Counted from the stretch's first letter, positions 38,004 to 47,522 are shown. The stretch: 52,330 bases of DNA from Oscillospiraceae bacterium (GCA_015065225.1 SVQR01000003.1:1-52330), one strand, 5' to 3'. The notes: generated by a model from the sequence alone, not told the origin. Made by a program: numbers and translations.

Positions 38004-38399
38004 CTACTGTATTATTACGTTTTCTTGTATCTTTTTTTCCGATCTGTACCTTGTCGGAGACATACCACATACCTTTAAAAAACGTTCCGAAAAGTACCCC
38101 TGACTTGAGAATCCGCAATCATATGCAATGGATGTGATATTTTTATCCGTTTCGCGAAGTTCTTTTTTTGCTTTGTTGATACGCAGGAGCGTTCTGTACT
38201 CCACAACGGTCATCCCCGTGGTGTTCTTAAAAATATGAGACATATAAAAAACGCTTATTCCGACTCTTTTTGAAATTTCGGGAAGGGACATATTCGATTC
38301 GAGATTTTGTTCTATAAGATTCTTGATCCTGTCAACTACCGGGGAACTCATCATTTCACCGTCCTTGTGGTTGCTTACAGGGTTATTATAATCAACCAT
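38004..38399 (-). CDS. Stand-alone AraC HTH-domain protein (no sensor domain)
   Basis: 131 aa; ISVFYMSHIFK...CGFSSQGYFSERF. Confidence 0.8.
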   Translation of the reverse strand: MVDYNNPVSNHKDGEMMSSPVVDRIKNLIEQNLESNMSLPEISKRVGISVFYMSHIFKNTTGMTVVEYRTLLRINKAKKELRETDKNITSIAYDCGFSSQGYFSERFLKVCGMSPTRYRSEKKIQENVIIQ

Positions 38400-38486
38400 G
38401 AATCAATTTTCAAGGGGGTGGGGTGATTATGGAGAAATTGTAGTATTCCTTGTCGAAAAATTTGTATTTCTGATGCGGATGACGGT

Positions 38487-39293
38487 TTACTCGTTCTCAT
38501 TCAATTTTGCAAGGTACTCGCTTGGCGAAAGTCCAAGAGATGATTTGAAGACATTGGAAAAGTAAAGCGGGTCGGAATACCCCGATAAAAGAGCAACATT
38601 TTTCACTGCAGTAACTCCATTCTCCATGAGAAATACGGCGTGTTTTATCCTCGTGTTTTTCAGATATTCCGAAAAGGTGATCCCCACATTCTTACTGAAT
38701 ATTCGCGAGATATACTTCGGATTATATCCCAGTGTCTGTGCCGTTGAGGCAAGGGAGAGCCTGTTATCGGAAAAGCAGTCCTCAATGTGCTTTATTATAC
38801 TGCCGATAAGATATTGCTCACTGTTCTTCTCATATTGTGACATCTGTGAAAAGGTGTAAAGCAGTACACTCTCGGAAAGAAGATCGAGGTTTTTGCTGTC
38901 CGCTTTGCCAAGTGCGCTCTGCCAGAAGGGGAGAAGACCCTCACAGCCGGAAAAGATTCTGTTTGATATGTTTATACCGAACCGTTCGAACAGTTCTTCG
39001 GATTTTGTTCCTTTAAAGCTTATGTACATATATTCAAAGCTGTCATCTCCCGTAAGCTCCGAAGGCTCGCCGATGAAGGTGAAAAAAAGAGTTCCCGGTG
39101 TTATATCGTGATTTCTACCGTCAACGTTCAGTACGGCTCTCCCCGTACAGCACAGATTTACGCAATTGCTGCTCCTTACAAGCGTTTGCCCGTTGTTTAC
39201 GTTGTTTTTTTCAAATACAAAGTTTATCGTGGAAAGGGATGACTGCGTTCCTTCGGTTACATATTTACATATATTTTCACGGGATGTCCTCAT
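38487..39293 (-). CDS. AraC-family transcriptional regulator
   Basis: C-terminal YNPKYISRIF...SGYSDPLYFSNVFK; ATG 39293 after GGAGGT. Confidence 0.9.
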   Translation of the reverse strand: MRTSRENICKYVTEGTQSSLSTINFVFEKNNVNNGQTLVRSSNCVNLCCTGRAVLNVDGRNHDITPGTLFFTFIGEPSELTGDDSFEYMYISFKGTKSEELFERFGINISNRIFSGCEGLLPFWQSALGKADSKNLDLLSESVLLYTFSQMSQYEKNSEQYLIGSIIKHIEDCFSDNRLSLASTAQTLGYNPKYISRIFSKNVGITFSEYLKNTRIKHAVFLMENGVTAVKNVALLSGYSDPLYFSNVFKSSLGLSPSEYLAKLNENE

Positions 39294-39350
39294 GCTACGG
39301 TACCTCCGAATGGCGAAATATGCGGTTTTTTTAATTATAACATATGTTTT

Positions 39351-39432
39351 TTCCACTTTCAATACAAAGTGGAAATTTTCTATGGGTAAGTGGAATATTT
39401 TTATTTACTTTTCGTGGCTGCACCATTATAAT
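39351..39432 (+). promoter_or_regulatory. Promoter with candidate AraC operator repeats
   Basis: AAGTGGAA at 39367 and 39388 (21-bp period), inverted copy TTCCACTT at 39351; TTTACT-17 bp-TATAAT at 39404-39432. Confidence 0.6.
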
Positions 39433-39483
39433 GCTGGTGTAAGATTGATTTTCGATTTTGTTTGAGTGTCAAAGGGGGACATA

Positions 39484-40791
39484 ATGGAAAAGATCAGGAT
39501 CGGTATTTTCGGACTGAACCGAGGATGTTTCAATGTAAAGAGCATTCTTTGGAACGGTGGTGAGATAGTCGCCATATGCGACAAAAACAGAAGGCTTCGC
39601 AAGGATATAGAAGAAATTACAGGTCATGAAATACCGTTTTTTGAGGATTTTGATGAATTTATAAAAACTCCCATGGACTGTGTACTTCTGACGAACTATT
39701 TCCATGAGCACGCCCCATATGCGATAAGATGTCTTGAAATGGGCATCAATGTCATATCCGAATGTACATCCAACAGTACCATGGCGGAAGGCGTGGCTCT
39801 TGTGAGAGCTGCGGAAAAGAGTAAGGCACGTTATTTCCTTGCGGAGAATTATCCGTTTATGCAGTCGTGCTGTGAGATGAGAAGAGTATACCGTGAAGGC
39901 TCGTTGGGAAAGCTCATGTTTGCCGAGGGCGAGTATAACCATCCCGGATCACCCTATTACAATACAAGCGATCTTTCAGGGTTGAAATATACGATATCAC
40001 TTTTTGACAACGAAAAGCACTGGAGAAATCACCTTCCGGCAACATATTATATAACACATTCCCTTGCACCTCTGATGTATATGACAGGTGCGTTCCCGAA
40101 AAGAGTTTGCGCATTTGCGACTTTTATGCCCGAGCCGGCGGACAGTGACAGCTATTCATATAACGGCGACAAGAACGCCATCATAATGACACAGAATGAT
40201 GACGGATCGGTATACAGGATCACAGGCTGTGCTTCATTCGGTGCAAGAGAGGATTCTTACCGTATCTGCGGTACAAAAGGGCAGATGGAGACCATGCGCG
40301 ACCGTTCGGAAAAGGTAATGTTGAACTATAATTCCTGGGATACGCCAAAAGAAAGCGAAAAAAGCCGCTGTTATTTTCCCGAGATTTTTGAAAAGGACAA
40401 GGACAGCGAGTACATAATGCAGACAGGTCATTCCGGATCGGACTTTGTGGTCATCCGTGAGATATTTGATTCGATACGCAATAATACTCCGTTTGAACTT
40501 GATGAATATTTTGCCACAAGCATGGCATCGGTTGCGATACTGGCTCACAGGAGCATACTTTACGGCGGCAAGCATTACGACATTCCGGACTTTCGCCTTG
40601 AGTCCGACCGCGAAAAGTGGGAGAACGATCATCAATCACCGTTTTATTACAGTGACGGCAGAGAGCCGAATATCCCCTGTTGTTCGCATCCCGAATACAG
40701 ACCGTCAAAGCAGCAGAAAGAGAACTTTGAGAAGTGGCGCAGGAAGTATGAGAATGGCGAATTTGATGATGTTGATAATATAAAAGGATAA
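39484..40791 (+). CDS. Gfo/Idh/MocA-family oxidoreductase (GH109-like), paralog 1
   Basis: GIFGLNRG, ISECT, AENY, AEGEYNH, YYITHSLAP, GHSGSD. Confidence 0.85.
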   Translation: MEKIRIGIFGLNRGCFNVKSILWNGGEIVAICDKNRRLRKDIEEITGHEIPFFEDFDEFIKTPMDCVLLTNYFHEHAPYAIRCLEMGINVISECTSNSTMAEGVALVRAAEKSKARYFLAENYPFMQSCCEMRRVYREGSLGKLMFAEGEYNHPGSPYYNTSDLSGLKYTISLFDNEKHWRNHLPATYYITHSLAPLMYMTGAFPKRVCAFATFMPEPADSDSYSYNGDKNAIIMTQNDDGSVYRITGCASFGAREDSYRICGTKGQMETMRDRSEKVMLNYNSWDTPKESEKSRCYFPEIFEKDKDSEYIMQTGHSGSDFVVIREIFDSIRNNTPFELDEYFATSMASVAILAHRSILYGGKHYDIPDFRLESDREKWENDHQSPFYYSDGREPNIPCCSHPEYRPSKQQKENFEKWRRKYENGEFDDVDNIKG

Positions 40792-40829
40792 TTTAAGTAA
40801 CTATAACAAAGTAAAAAGGAGAACCAATC

Positions 40830-42131
40830 ATGTCAAAAACACTTAAGATCGGCATTTTCGGTGCCAACAGAGGAAGCCATTATTTTGACATCATAATGGC
40901 AAACAACGGTGAGATAGTTGCTGTGTGTGACAAAAAGGAAAAGCTGGTAAATGCGGCTGTTGCAAAGCTCGGCGGTACAGCAAAGGGCTTTACCGATTTC
41001 GAGGAATTCATCAAAGAGCCTATGGACTGTATCTTCCTTGCAAACTACTTCCATGAACATGCAAAATATGCTATCCGCTGTCTTGAGATGGGCATCAACG
41101 TAATTTCCGAATGTACTGCCAACAGCACAATGGCAGAAGGTGTTGCGCTCTGTCGTGCCGCAGAAAAGAGCAATGCTATCTACATGATCGCAGAGAACTA
41201 TCCCTTCATGCTGTTCAATCAGGAGATGAAGAGAGTTTGTGACAGCGGTTCTCTCGGTAAGATAATGTTTGCCGAGGGCGAATACAATCATCCCGGATCG
41301 CCCTATTATAAGAAGGAACCCGGTGTAAAATACACCATATCTCTCAAGGACAGCCTTGAGCATTGGAGAAATCATCTTCCGGCAACATACTATGTAACTC
41401 ACTCTCTTGCTCCTCTCATGGCGGCAACCGGTGCGTTCCCCAAGAAGGTCACAGCTATGCCGATATTCATGCCTCTTCCCGAGGATTGCGACAATCCGAA
41501 GGCGGTAGGTGACGGGACTGCCATCATCATGACGCAGAACGACGACGGCTCTGTATTCAGAGTTACCGGCTGTGCTACATTCGGTGCCAGAGAGGATTCC
41601 TACCGTATCTGTGGAAAAAAGGGACAGATAGAGAATGTCCGCGGCAGTGACGGCATGGTTATGCAGCAGTATAACGGTTGGGACAGACCCGAGGGCTGGG
41701 ATACAAACTGCAAATACTACAAGCCCGAACTTATAGACGATGACAAGGAGCTTATAGAAAAGTCAGGTCACGGAGGCGGAGACTTCTTTGTATTCCGTGA
41801 ATTCTTCAGATGCGTAAGAGAGGGCAAGCCTCATCAGTTTGACGTATACTTTGCGACTGCAATGGCATCCGTCGCTATCCTCGGTCACAGAAGTGTTCTT
41901 GCGGGCGGTGTTACATTTGACGTTCCGGACTTCAGACTTGAAGAGGACAAGAAGAAATGGGAAAACGACTATTCAACTCCATTCTTCTACTCGGAAGGCT
42001 ACTTCGACGATGTTACAGCCCCCAACATTCCCTCATGTTCAAGACCGGAATACAGACCTTCAAAGCAGCAGCTTGAGAATTACCTCAACTGGCTTGAGAT
42101 GTACAACAACGGCGAGCTTGACGAATTCTGA
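40830..42131 (+). CDS. Gfo/Idh/MocA-family oxidoreductase (GH109-like), paralog 2
   Basis: GIFGANRG, ISECT, AENY, AEGEYNH, YYVTHSLAP, GHGGGD; colinear with the upstream gene. Confidence 0.88.
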   Translation: MSKTLKIGIFGANRGSHYFDIIMANNGEIVAVCDKKEKLVNAAVAKLGGTAKGFTDFEEFIKEPMDCIFLANYFHEHAKYAIRCLEMGINVISECTANSTMAEGVALCRAAEKSNAIYMIAENYPFMLFNQEMKRVCDSGSLGKIMFAEGEYNHPGSPYYKKEPGVKYTISLKDSLEHWRNHLPATYYVTHSLAPLMAATGAFPKKVTAMPIFMPLPEDCDNPKAVGDGTAIIMTQNDDGSVFRVTGCATFGAREDSYRICGKKGQIENVRGSDGMVMQQYNGWDRPEGWDTNCKYYKPELIDDDKELIEKSGHGGGDFFVFREFFRCVREGKPHQFDVYFATAMASVAILGHRSVLAGGVTFDVPDFRLEEDKKKWENDYSTPFFYSEGYFDDVTAPNIPSCSRPEYRPSKQQLENYLNWLEMYNNGELDEF

Positions 42132-42141
42132 TATGTATGAT

Positions 42142-42171
42142 AAGACGGTACTTTTGTGTGCCGTCTTTTTT
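42142..42171 (+). terminator. Intrinsic terminator
   Basis: AAGACGGTAC/GTGCCGTCTT stem then a T-run. Confidence 0.8.
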
Positions 42172-42297
42172 GATTCTGCGATTATATATATTTGTTACTC
42201 TGATATTCCGTGTTTTGTTTCTATGCTTTGCTATCTATCAAATATAACAAATTTTAATAAAAATGCTCAAAAAAAACGTGCTTTTTTACAAAAACTC

Positions 42298-42325
42298 TTG
42301 ACAAATTACTATTTTGTGGTATACT
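42298..42325 (+). promoter_or_regulatory. Sigma-A promoter with extended -10
   Basis: TTGACA-16 bp-TATACT with TG extension. Confidence 0.75.
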
Positions 42326-42390
42326 AAACTTGTATGGTTATACACGGGAAAAGTGTATGCCCGCAAATACTTTATTCAAGGAGGATTTCC

Positions 42391-45300
42391 ATGAAATTCA
42401 AGAAGTTTTTCGCGGCTCTGCTCGGTGCACTGATGATTACATCCGTCATGAGCTTTACCGCAAACGTGAGCGCTGTTGAAAGCAGCCTCATCAAGGAAAG
42501 TACTTTCAACCAGCAGTACAGTGCCGAAAGAGGTCAGACATCCGTTCAGATGTATGACGAGGTAAATGACATTGTATTTTCGAGAATGACACCCTCGACA
42601 AACGAGGCAAATGCTTCAAAGTCCTGCTATGTCAATATATCGGGACAGACAATCGCTCCCACGGCAGAGCAGATTGCAAATGACAGTGTTTACGTTGTCT
42701 TCTATATTCGTACAAATATGACTATGGACGAAAACGACAAGCCTTCGCTTGCACTTTATAATGCATATTGGGGACCCGATGCAATAAAGTCCGACGGTAC
42801 TTGCTCTCTTGTTACCGGCAACGAAAACTTTATTGAACAGGTCGGTAACGACTGGGGCACAATGTGCTTCAAGCTTAACACAACGAAGACTATCAGCGGC
42901 ACGGAGTATTCCATCAACAAGTGGACACAGTTTGCATTCCTTGCACTCGGTTCTGCTTCAACAAAGCCTATCTCCGAATGGTTTACAAGCGTACCCGAGG
43001 GCGTAACTCCCAATGTTGACTGTGCAGGTTATGCGGTTCTCACATCTCTTGAAGCTGCTGAAGCTTATGACTTTACAGCAAGTGCACAGCCCAAGAAGAT
43101 CACTCTCACCTTCGACACAGGTCTTGCTGAAGACGATTCCGACGTTGAAACTGTTGAAGACGTTGTTATCGGTAAGTGGACAGGTGCAAAGGTTGAGTTC
43201 CCCGAGATCAAAGCTCCTTCCGAAGACTACGAGTTTGTAGGCTGGTTCACAGATGCAGAGTATCAGAACAAGATCGAGGATACAGCAGCAGTTACTGTTC
43301 CCGATAAGGATACAGCATACTACGCACTCTGGCAGGACAACAGCACTCCTCCCACATTCGCACTTGATTTCATGACTGTCAACGGTCTTGATGCATCCAA
43401 GTTCGGTGCTGATATCACAGCCGAAACCATCGCTGTTACACTTCCCTACGGTTGGGCAAAGCTTGAAGCTCTCGGTGTTATGCCCGAGGTTGCCGTTCAG
43501 GCAACAGCTCCCGCATTCGCAGAGTATGTTGCAGGTGCAACTCTTGCAGACGGCGGTAAGATCAAGTTCACACAGGGTAATTATACCGATGAGGTTGATG
43601 TAACATTCACTGTAGGTACAGCAAAGGATAAGAAGAACGCCCCCTCAGCAGGTGTATACTCCACAAGCGGCAAGATCACACTTCCCGACGGTACGGAGAT
43701 CAATGCTGACAATAAGATAAGAGCTGTCGGTATGCATTCTAAAAAGACGACCTTCAAGGGTGTAGAAGCATACAAGCACACGCCTATCTACAAGGGTAGC
43801 GATCTTGACGGTACACTTACCAAGGAAGGCGGCACAGAATACTACACCAGCAACAGAAGCGTAAACCTTGAAGGCTACAGTGCATTCGGTCTTTACGACT
43901 ATGAATCCTATGAAGTATACCGTGCTCTTTGCTACATAGACACAGGTGCAAACGGCAATTTTGACGTTGTTCCTCAGCCTCTGATATACTTCCAGAGCTC
44001 CGACACAACAGGTACTGTAAAGACAAACGGTCTCAACACCTCCAACGGTCTTGCTGCATATAACAATTATGTCGGCGACAGATGGGAATACATCTATTTT
44101 GTAAAGAACGATAAGACAGAAAAGCTTTACGGTAACGCAAGACAGCCCGTATTCGCTTTCTTCGGTGTAAATGGCAGCACAAAGGCTACATCCTACACAG
44201 ACGACGTATTCTACTGTGCGGAAGTTGCAGCGCTTACCGATGCTCCCGAATATGTTCAGTATCAGCCTACCGGTCTTGTTGCAACAAATGTTGACGGCGA
44301 TACTCTCGGAACAGTTTCCGGTCTCTCCGATGATATGGAAGTACTCGTTGGTGAAGAATGGGTAGCAATTACAGAGTTTGAAGACTACGCAAACGGCAAA
44401 CTTTCGGGACTTGAAGCAGGTAACTACTCCTTCAGATATGCTGCAACAGACGCACTTCTCGCTTCCGAAGCGGTTGAAGTTGAAGTACTCCCAGGCTCTG
44501 TTTCCATCACATTCGATGCACAGAACGGCGAAGAAGCTGCAACAACAAAGTACGAGTTTAATGCAGACGTTACAGTTCCCGCAGCACCCGCAAAGGGCGG
44601 CTACATCTTCAAGGGCTGGTCGGAAACAAAGGACGGCGAGGTTGTTGACCTCACAGGTCTCAAGGCAACAGAAGAAAAGACATACTACGCTATCTGGGAA
44701 AAGATAGAGGTTGTATATGTCAAGGCTTCCGCTGACGCATCCGGAAACGGTCTTTCGGCAGAAGCTCCCTTTAAGACACTCGCTGAAGCAGGTGCTATTG
44801 CTTACCAGTACGGCGGTACTATCGTTATCATGGACGATGTAGCATGGTCAAATAAGGTAAACGGTCAGAACAATTACAACTATGTATATAATGATGTTGT
44901 TATCACATCCGTTGACCCTGTAACAGGTACAGACTATCCCGGTGCACTTGTTCAGACCACATCTCTTAACTTTGACGGTGATTTCTCCGCAAAGATTACT
45001 ATTCGTGATATTGAGATCGCTTCCTGGAGATTCGGTTCTGCTTCCGACAAGTGGCAGTACATCAACTTCAGAGGACATCCGATCGAGCTCGGTGACAACC
45101 TCAGAGCAAGAACAGGTACTGTTCCCGCAGGTTACACCGTAGGTCAGACAAGCGCAGTTACCGATGAAGATGCAAACAAGGAAGTATATTTCCCCGTACA
45201 TATCCGTGCACAGGGTGAAAATGCCGACCTCGGTTACGGCAACAAGATAATCTACAGAGATACGGATATCAGATCCAACATACTTGCAGGTAAGATCCCT

Positions 45301-47079
45301 TACGGCGAAAATGCAAATGCCGCACTTAATAACTACGCATCCGATATCGACCTTGAATACTACGGTAACGCAAATACAGGTCTCAGCGTAGGTAACGACT
45401 CCAACACATATACGGAAGACAACGTTAAAAAGTATCGTTACGGTAAGCTGAATGACGTAAAGCTCCTCTTTGAGACAGCTCCCAAGTCTATCTCCTTCAG
45501 CAACATTACAGGAATCCTCGGTGAATTCCAGGTTATCGCAAATAACGGCGTACAGGTAAAAGTTCCCGCATTTGAATTTACAAATGCTAACACTAAGGAA
45601 AAGGAAGACCTCACTCCCGCAGGCGGCTACTGGAAGATCAACTCTGCACAGGGCGGTCGTGTAGACTTTACTGAAACAGCAGGTACATTCGCAGTTACAT
45701 CCGAAGAAGAATACATCGTTGTAACTAACATCAAGACAGCTGAATCCACAAAGATCAGACTCTCCGACGGCGTATCCGGTGATGCAAACCTCTTCGATGA
45801 CGGTGCATATGCACTCACACTCGCAGCAGGTGAATACAACATCGAATATACAAGCGAGGCTGTAAAGATCGACGTTACATTTGAAAACGGCGACAATGAC
45901 GAGACTTATACAGTAGCAAAGGGCGAAACAGCAACATTCGCAGGTACTGTAACTGCTCCCGCAGGTAAGGTATTCGCAGGTTGGAAGTCCGCAGACGACA
46001 AGATCAAGCTGGACGGCAACTCCTACACAGCAGATACATACTATGCAGACGGCATCACATTCGTTCCCACATTTGCTGACGATGCAAACGCTCCTTACTA
46101 TTACGCATACGGCGAATACGATGCACTTAACGCTAAGTACATTGTAGATGTCAAGATCGCAAACGGCAAGTTCACCGCGGGTACACTCGGTGTAACCTTC
46201 GATAAGAGCATGCTTACATACAAGGGCTATACTCTCGGCGAAGGCATATCCAATAACCTCGGCACAGAACCTACTATTGTTTCCGAGAATATGTTTGACG
46301 GTCAGGATAACAAGTTCGTTCTCGTATGGGATGCGGCACAGGGTATTATTGATGCATCCGCAGAACAGGTTACCATCGTAACATTTGAATTTGATGTTCT
46401 TGATGCAGAAAACATAGAAAATGCTGCAGATTATTTCGTACCCGCAAAGGAATACGCAAAATACTTCAACGGTACATACTACCTTGCATCTCCCGAAAAC
46501 ACAAGCGATAACCCCTACGCTGTTGACTACGTTCCCGTATACTTCGGTGAAACAACAATAACAGAAAAGAGCTACGAAAAGGCAAACATCACCTTCGAGA
46601 TCACATTCGCATCCAAGGAAGGTGCAACAGTTGTAAACACAGCAGAGCTTGCTCTTACAGGCAAAGACGGTGAAGTTTCCTACAATGTAGACACAGAGGG
46701 CAACACAGAAGCAACTGTAACACAGGTAGTATCCAACTTCTACGTAGGCGATACATTCAGCTATTCCGTACATAAGAACGGATATCTCGGTGTTGACGTT
46801 AAGGATGTTGTTGCCGAAGACGGTATGACTGTCAAGATCACACTCCTTGCAGGTGATATCAAGAACAGCACAGCTGATTGCTGCGGCGACGGTAAGATCA
46901 CTCTCGCAGACTTTGTAAGAGTTGTAAGAGCATTTGACGAAGGCGCAACAGATGAATACAAGGCACTCGTTGACCTCAACGAAGACGGTGCGGTTAATGT
47001 TACCGATCTCTCCATCATCAAGGCAAACTTCGACAAGACAAGTGCAGACAACACTGTTGAGATTGAGCTTGGCGAATGA
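42391..47079 (+). CDS. Large secreted modular surface protein: InlB B-repeat-like domains and C-terminal cohesin-like, X-like and dockerin-like modules
   Basis: AAGGAGG SD and signal peptide; repeats YEFVGWF..YYALW, YIFKGWS..YYAIW, KVFAGWK; C-terminal GDGKITLADF...DLNEDGAVNVTDL. Confidence 0.8.
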   Translation: MKFKKFFAALLGALMITSVMSFTANVSAVESSLIKESTFNQQYSAERGQTSVQMYDEVNDIVFSRMTPSTNEANASKSCYVNISGQTIAPTAEQIANDSVYVVFYIRTNMTMDENDKPSLALYNAYWGPDAIKSDGTCSLVTGNENFIEQVGNDWGTMCFKLNTTKTISGTEYSINKWTQFAFLALGSASTKPISEWFTSVPEGVTPNVDCAGYAVLTSLEAAEAYDFTASAQPKKITLTFDTGLAEDDSDVETVEDVVIGKWTGAKVEFPEIKAPSEDYEFVGWFTDAEYQNKIEDTAAVTVPDKDTAYYALWQDNSTPPTFALDFMTVNGLDASKFGADITAETIAVTLPYGWAKLEALGVMPEVAVQATAPAFAEYVAGATLADGGKIKFTQGNYTDEVDVTFTVGTAKDKKNAPSAGVYSTSGKITLPDGTEINADNKIRAVGMHSKKTTFKGVEAYKHTPIYKGSDLDGTLTKEGGTEYYTSNRSVNLEGYSAFGLYDYESYEVYRALCYIDTGANGNFDVVPQPLIYFQSSDTTGTVKTNGLNTSNGLAAYNNYVGDRWEYIYFVKNDKTEKLYGNARQPVFAFFGVNGSTKATSYTDDVFYCAEVAALTDAPEYVQYQPTGLVATNVDGDTLGTVSGLSDDMEVLVGEEWVAITEFEDYANGKLSGLEAGNYSFRYAATDALLASEAVEVEVLPGSVSITFDAQNGEEAATTKYEFNADVTVPAAPAKGGYIFKGWSETKDGEVVDLTGLKATEEKTYYAIWEKIEVVYVKASADASGNGLSAEAPFKTLAEAGAIAYQYGGTIVIMDDVAWSNKVNGQNNYNYVYNDVVITSVDPVTGTDYPGALVQTTSLNFDGDFSAKITIRDIEIASWRFGSASDKWQYINFRGHPIELGDNLRARTGTVPAGYTVGQTSAVTDEDANKEVYFPVHIRAQGENADLGYGNKIIYRDTDIRSNILAGKIPYGENANAALNNYASDIDLEYYGNANTGLSVGNDSNTYTEDNVKKYRYGKLNDVKLLFETAPKSISFSNITGILGEFQVIANNGVQVKVPAFEFTNANTKEKEDLTPAGGYWKINSAQGGRVDFTETAGTFAVTSEEEYIVVTNIKTAESTKIRLSDGVSGDANLFDDGAYALTLAAGEYNIEYTSEAVKIDVTFENGDNDETYTVAKGETATFAGTVTAPAGKVFAGWKSADDKIKLDGNSYTADTYYADGITFVPTFADDANAPYYYAYGEYDALNAKYIVDVKIANGKFTAGTLGVTFDKSMLTYKGYTLGEGISNNLGTEPTIVSENMFDGQDNKFVLVWDAAQGIIDASAEQVTIVTFEFDVLDAENIENAADYFVPAKEYAKYFNGTYYLASPENTSDNPYAVDYVPVYFGETTITEKSYEKANITFEITFASKEGATVVNTAELALTGKDGEVSYNVDTEGNTEATVTQVVSNFYVGDTFSYSVHKNGYLGVDVKDVVAEDGMTVKITLLAGDIKNSTADCCGDGKITLADFVRVVRAFDEGATDEYKALVDLNEDGAVNVTDLSIIKANFDKTSADNTVEIELGE

Positions 47080-47131
47080 GAAGTATTAAAAAAGTATGAT
47101 ATTTTGATATAAAGAATATTGTATGACTTTC

Positions 47132-47164
47132 ATCTCCCTCGGATCTTTCCGGGGGAGATTTTTT
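47132..47164 (+). terminator. Intrinsic terminator of the large surface protein gene
   Basis: ATCTCCCTCGGA/TCCGGGGGAGAT stem (one G-U on plus) then a T-run. Confidence 0.85.
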
Positions 47165-47346
47165 GCCCGGACGCCCGGGCGGGCACATTCGCGCACCGAG
47201 GTTTGGTTTAGGCTCGGTCTTTTGTTCATGCGATGTGCCATGTTTGCCGCCAACACACGGCGACAAACTCCTTCTTATTTTGGGTGCTCTGCAAAGTGAG
47301 ACCTTATTCCGTTGTACGTCGGTCAACCCACGACCGCCGAACAAGG
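47165..47346 (-). ncRNA. Candidate structured non-coding RNA or repeat element, family unidentified
   Basis: Four consecutive stem-loop domains; two mismatches become G-U pairs only on the minus strand; TACAAT lies just upstream. Confidence 0.4.
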
Positions 47347-47493
47347 CATCGATTGTATGTGTGTTGCAAATTTGCAGGTACTATAAATTTGAAACATTTT
47401 TATTACATATCCCCATAGCAAACACAACAGAAGGTGAGACCATTGATTACAAGCCAAATTTGTAAACAAATTGAAAAAATACCCAAAAACTCC

Positions 47494-47522
47494 TTGACAA
47501 CCGCTTGAAAAGCTGATATAAT
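47494..47522 (+). promoter_or_regulatory. Sigma-A promoter of rpoBC
   Basis: Perfect TTGACA-17 bp-TATAAT with TG extension. Confidence 0.85.

Noticed and set aside
44848-46773. 641-aa minus-strand ORF
   Set aside because: Antisense shadow of the codon-biased 42391 gene; Cys/Val-rich with no recognisable motifs
47161-47195. GCCCGG...GGGC just after a terminator, resembling the 5' end of a class IIC group II intron
   Set aside because: No GUGYG start, domain V/VI or reverse transcriptase ORF; G-U pairing favours the opposite strand
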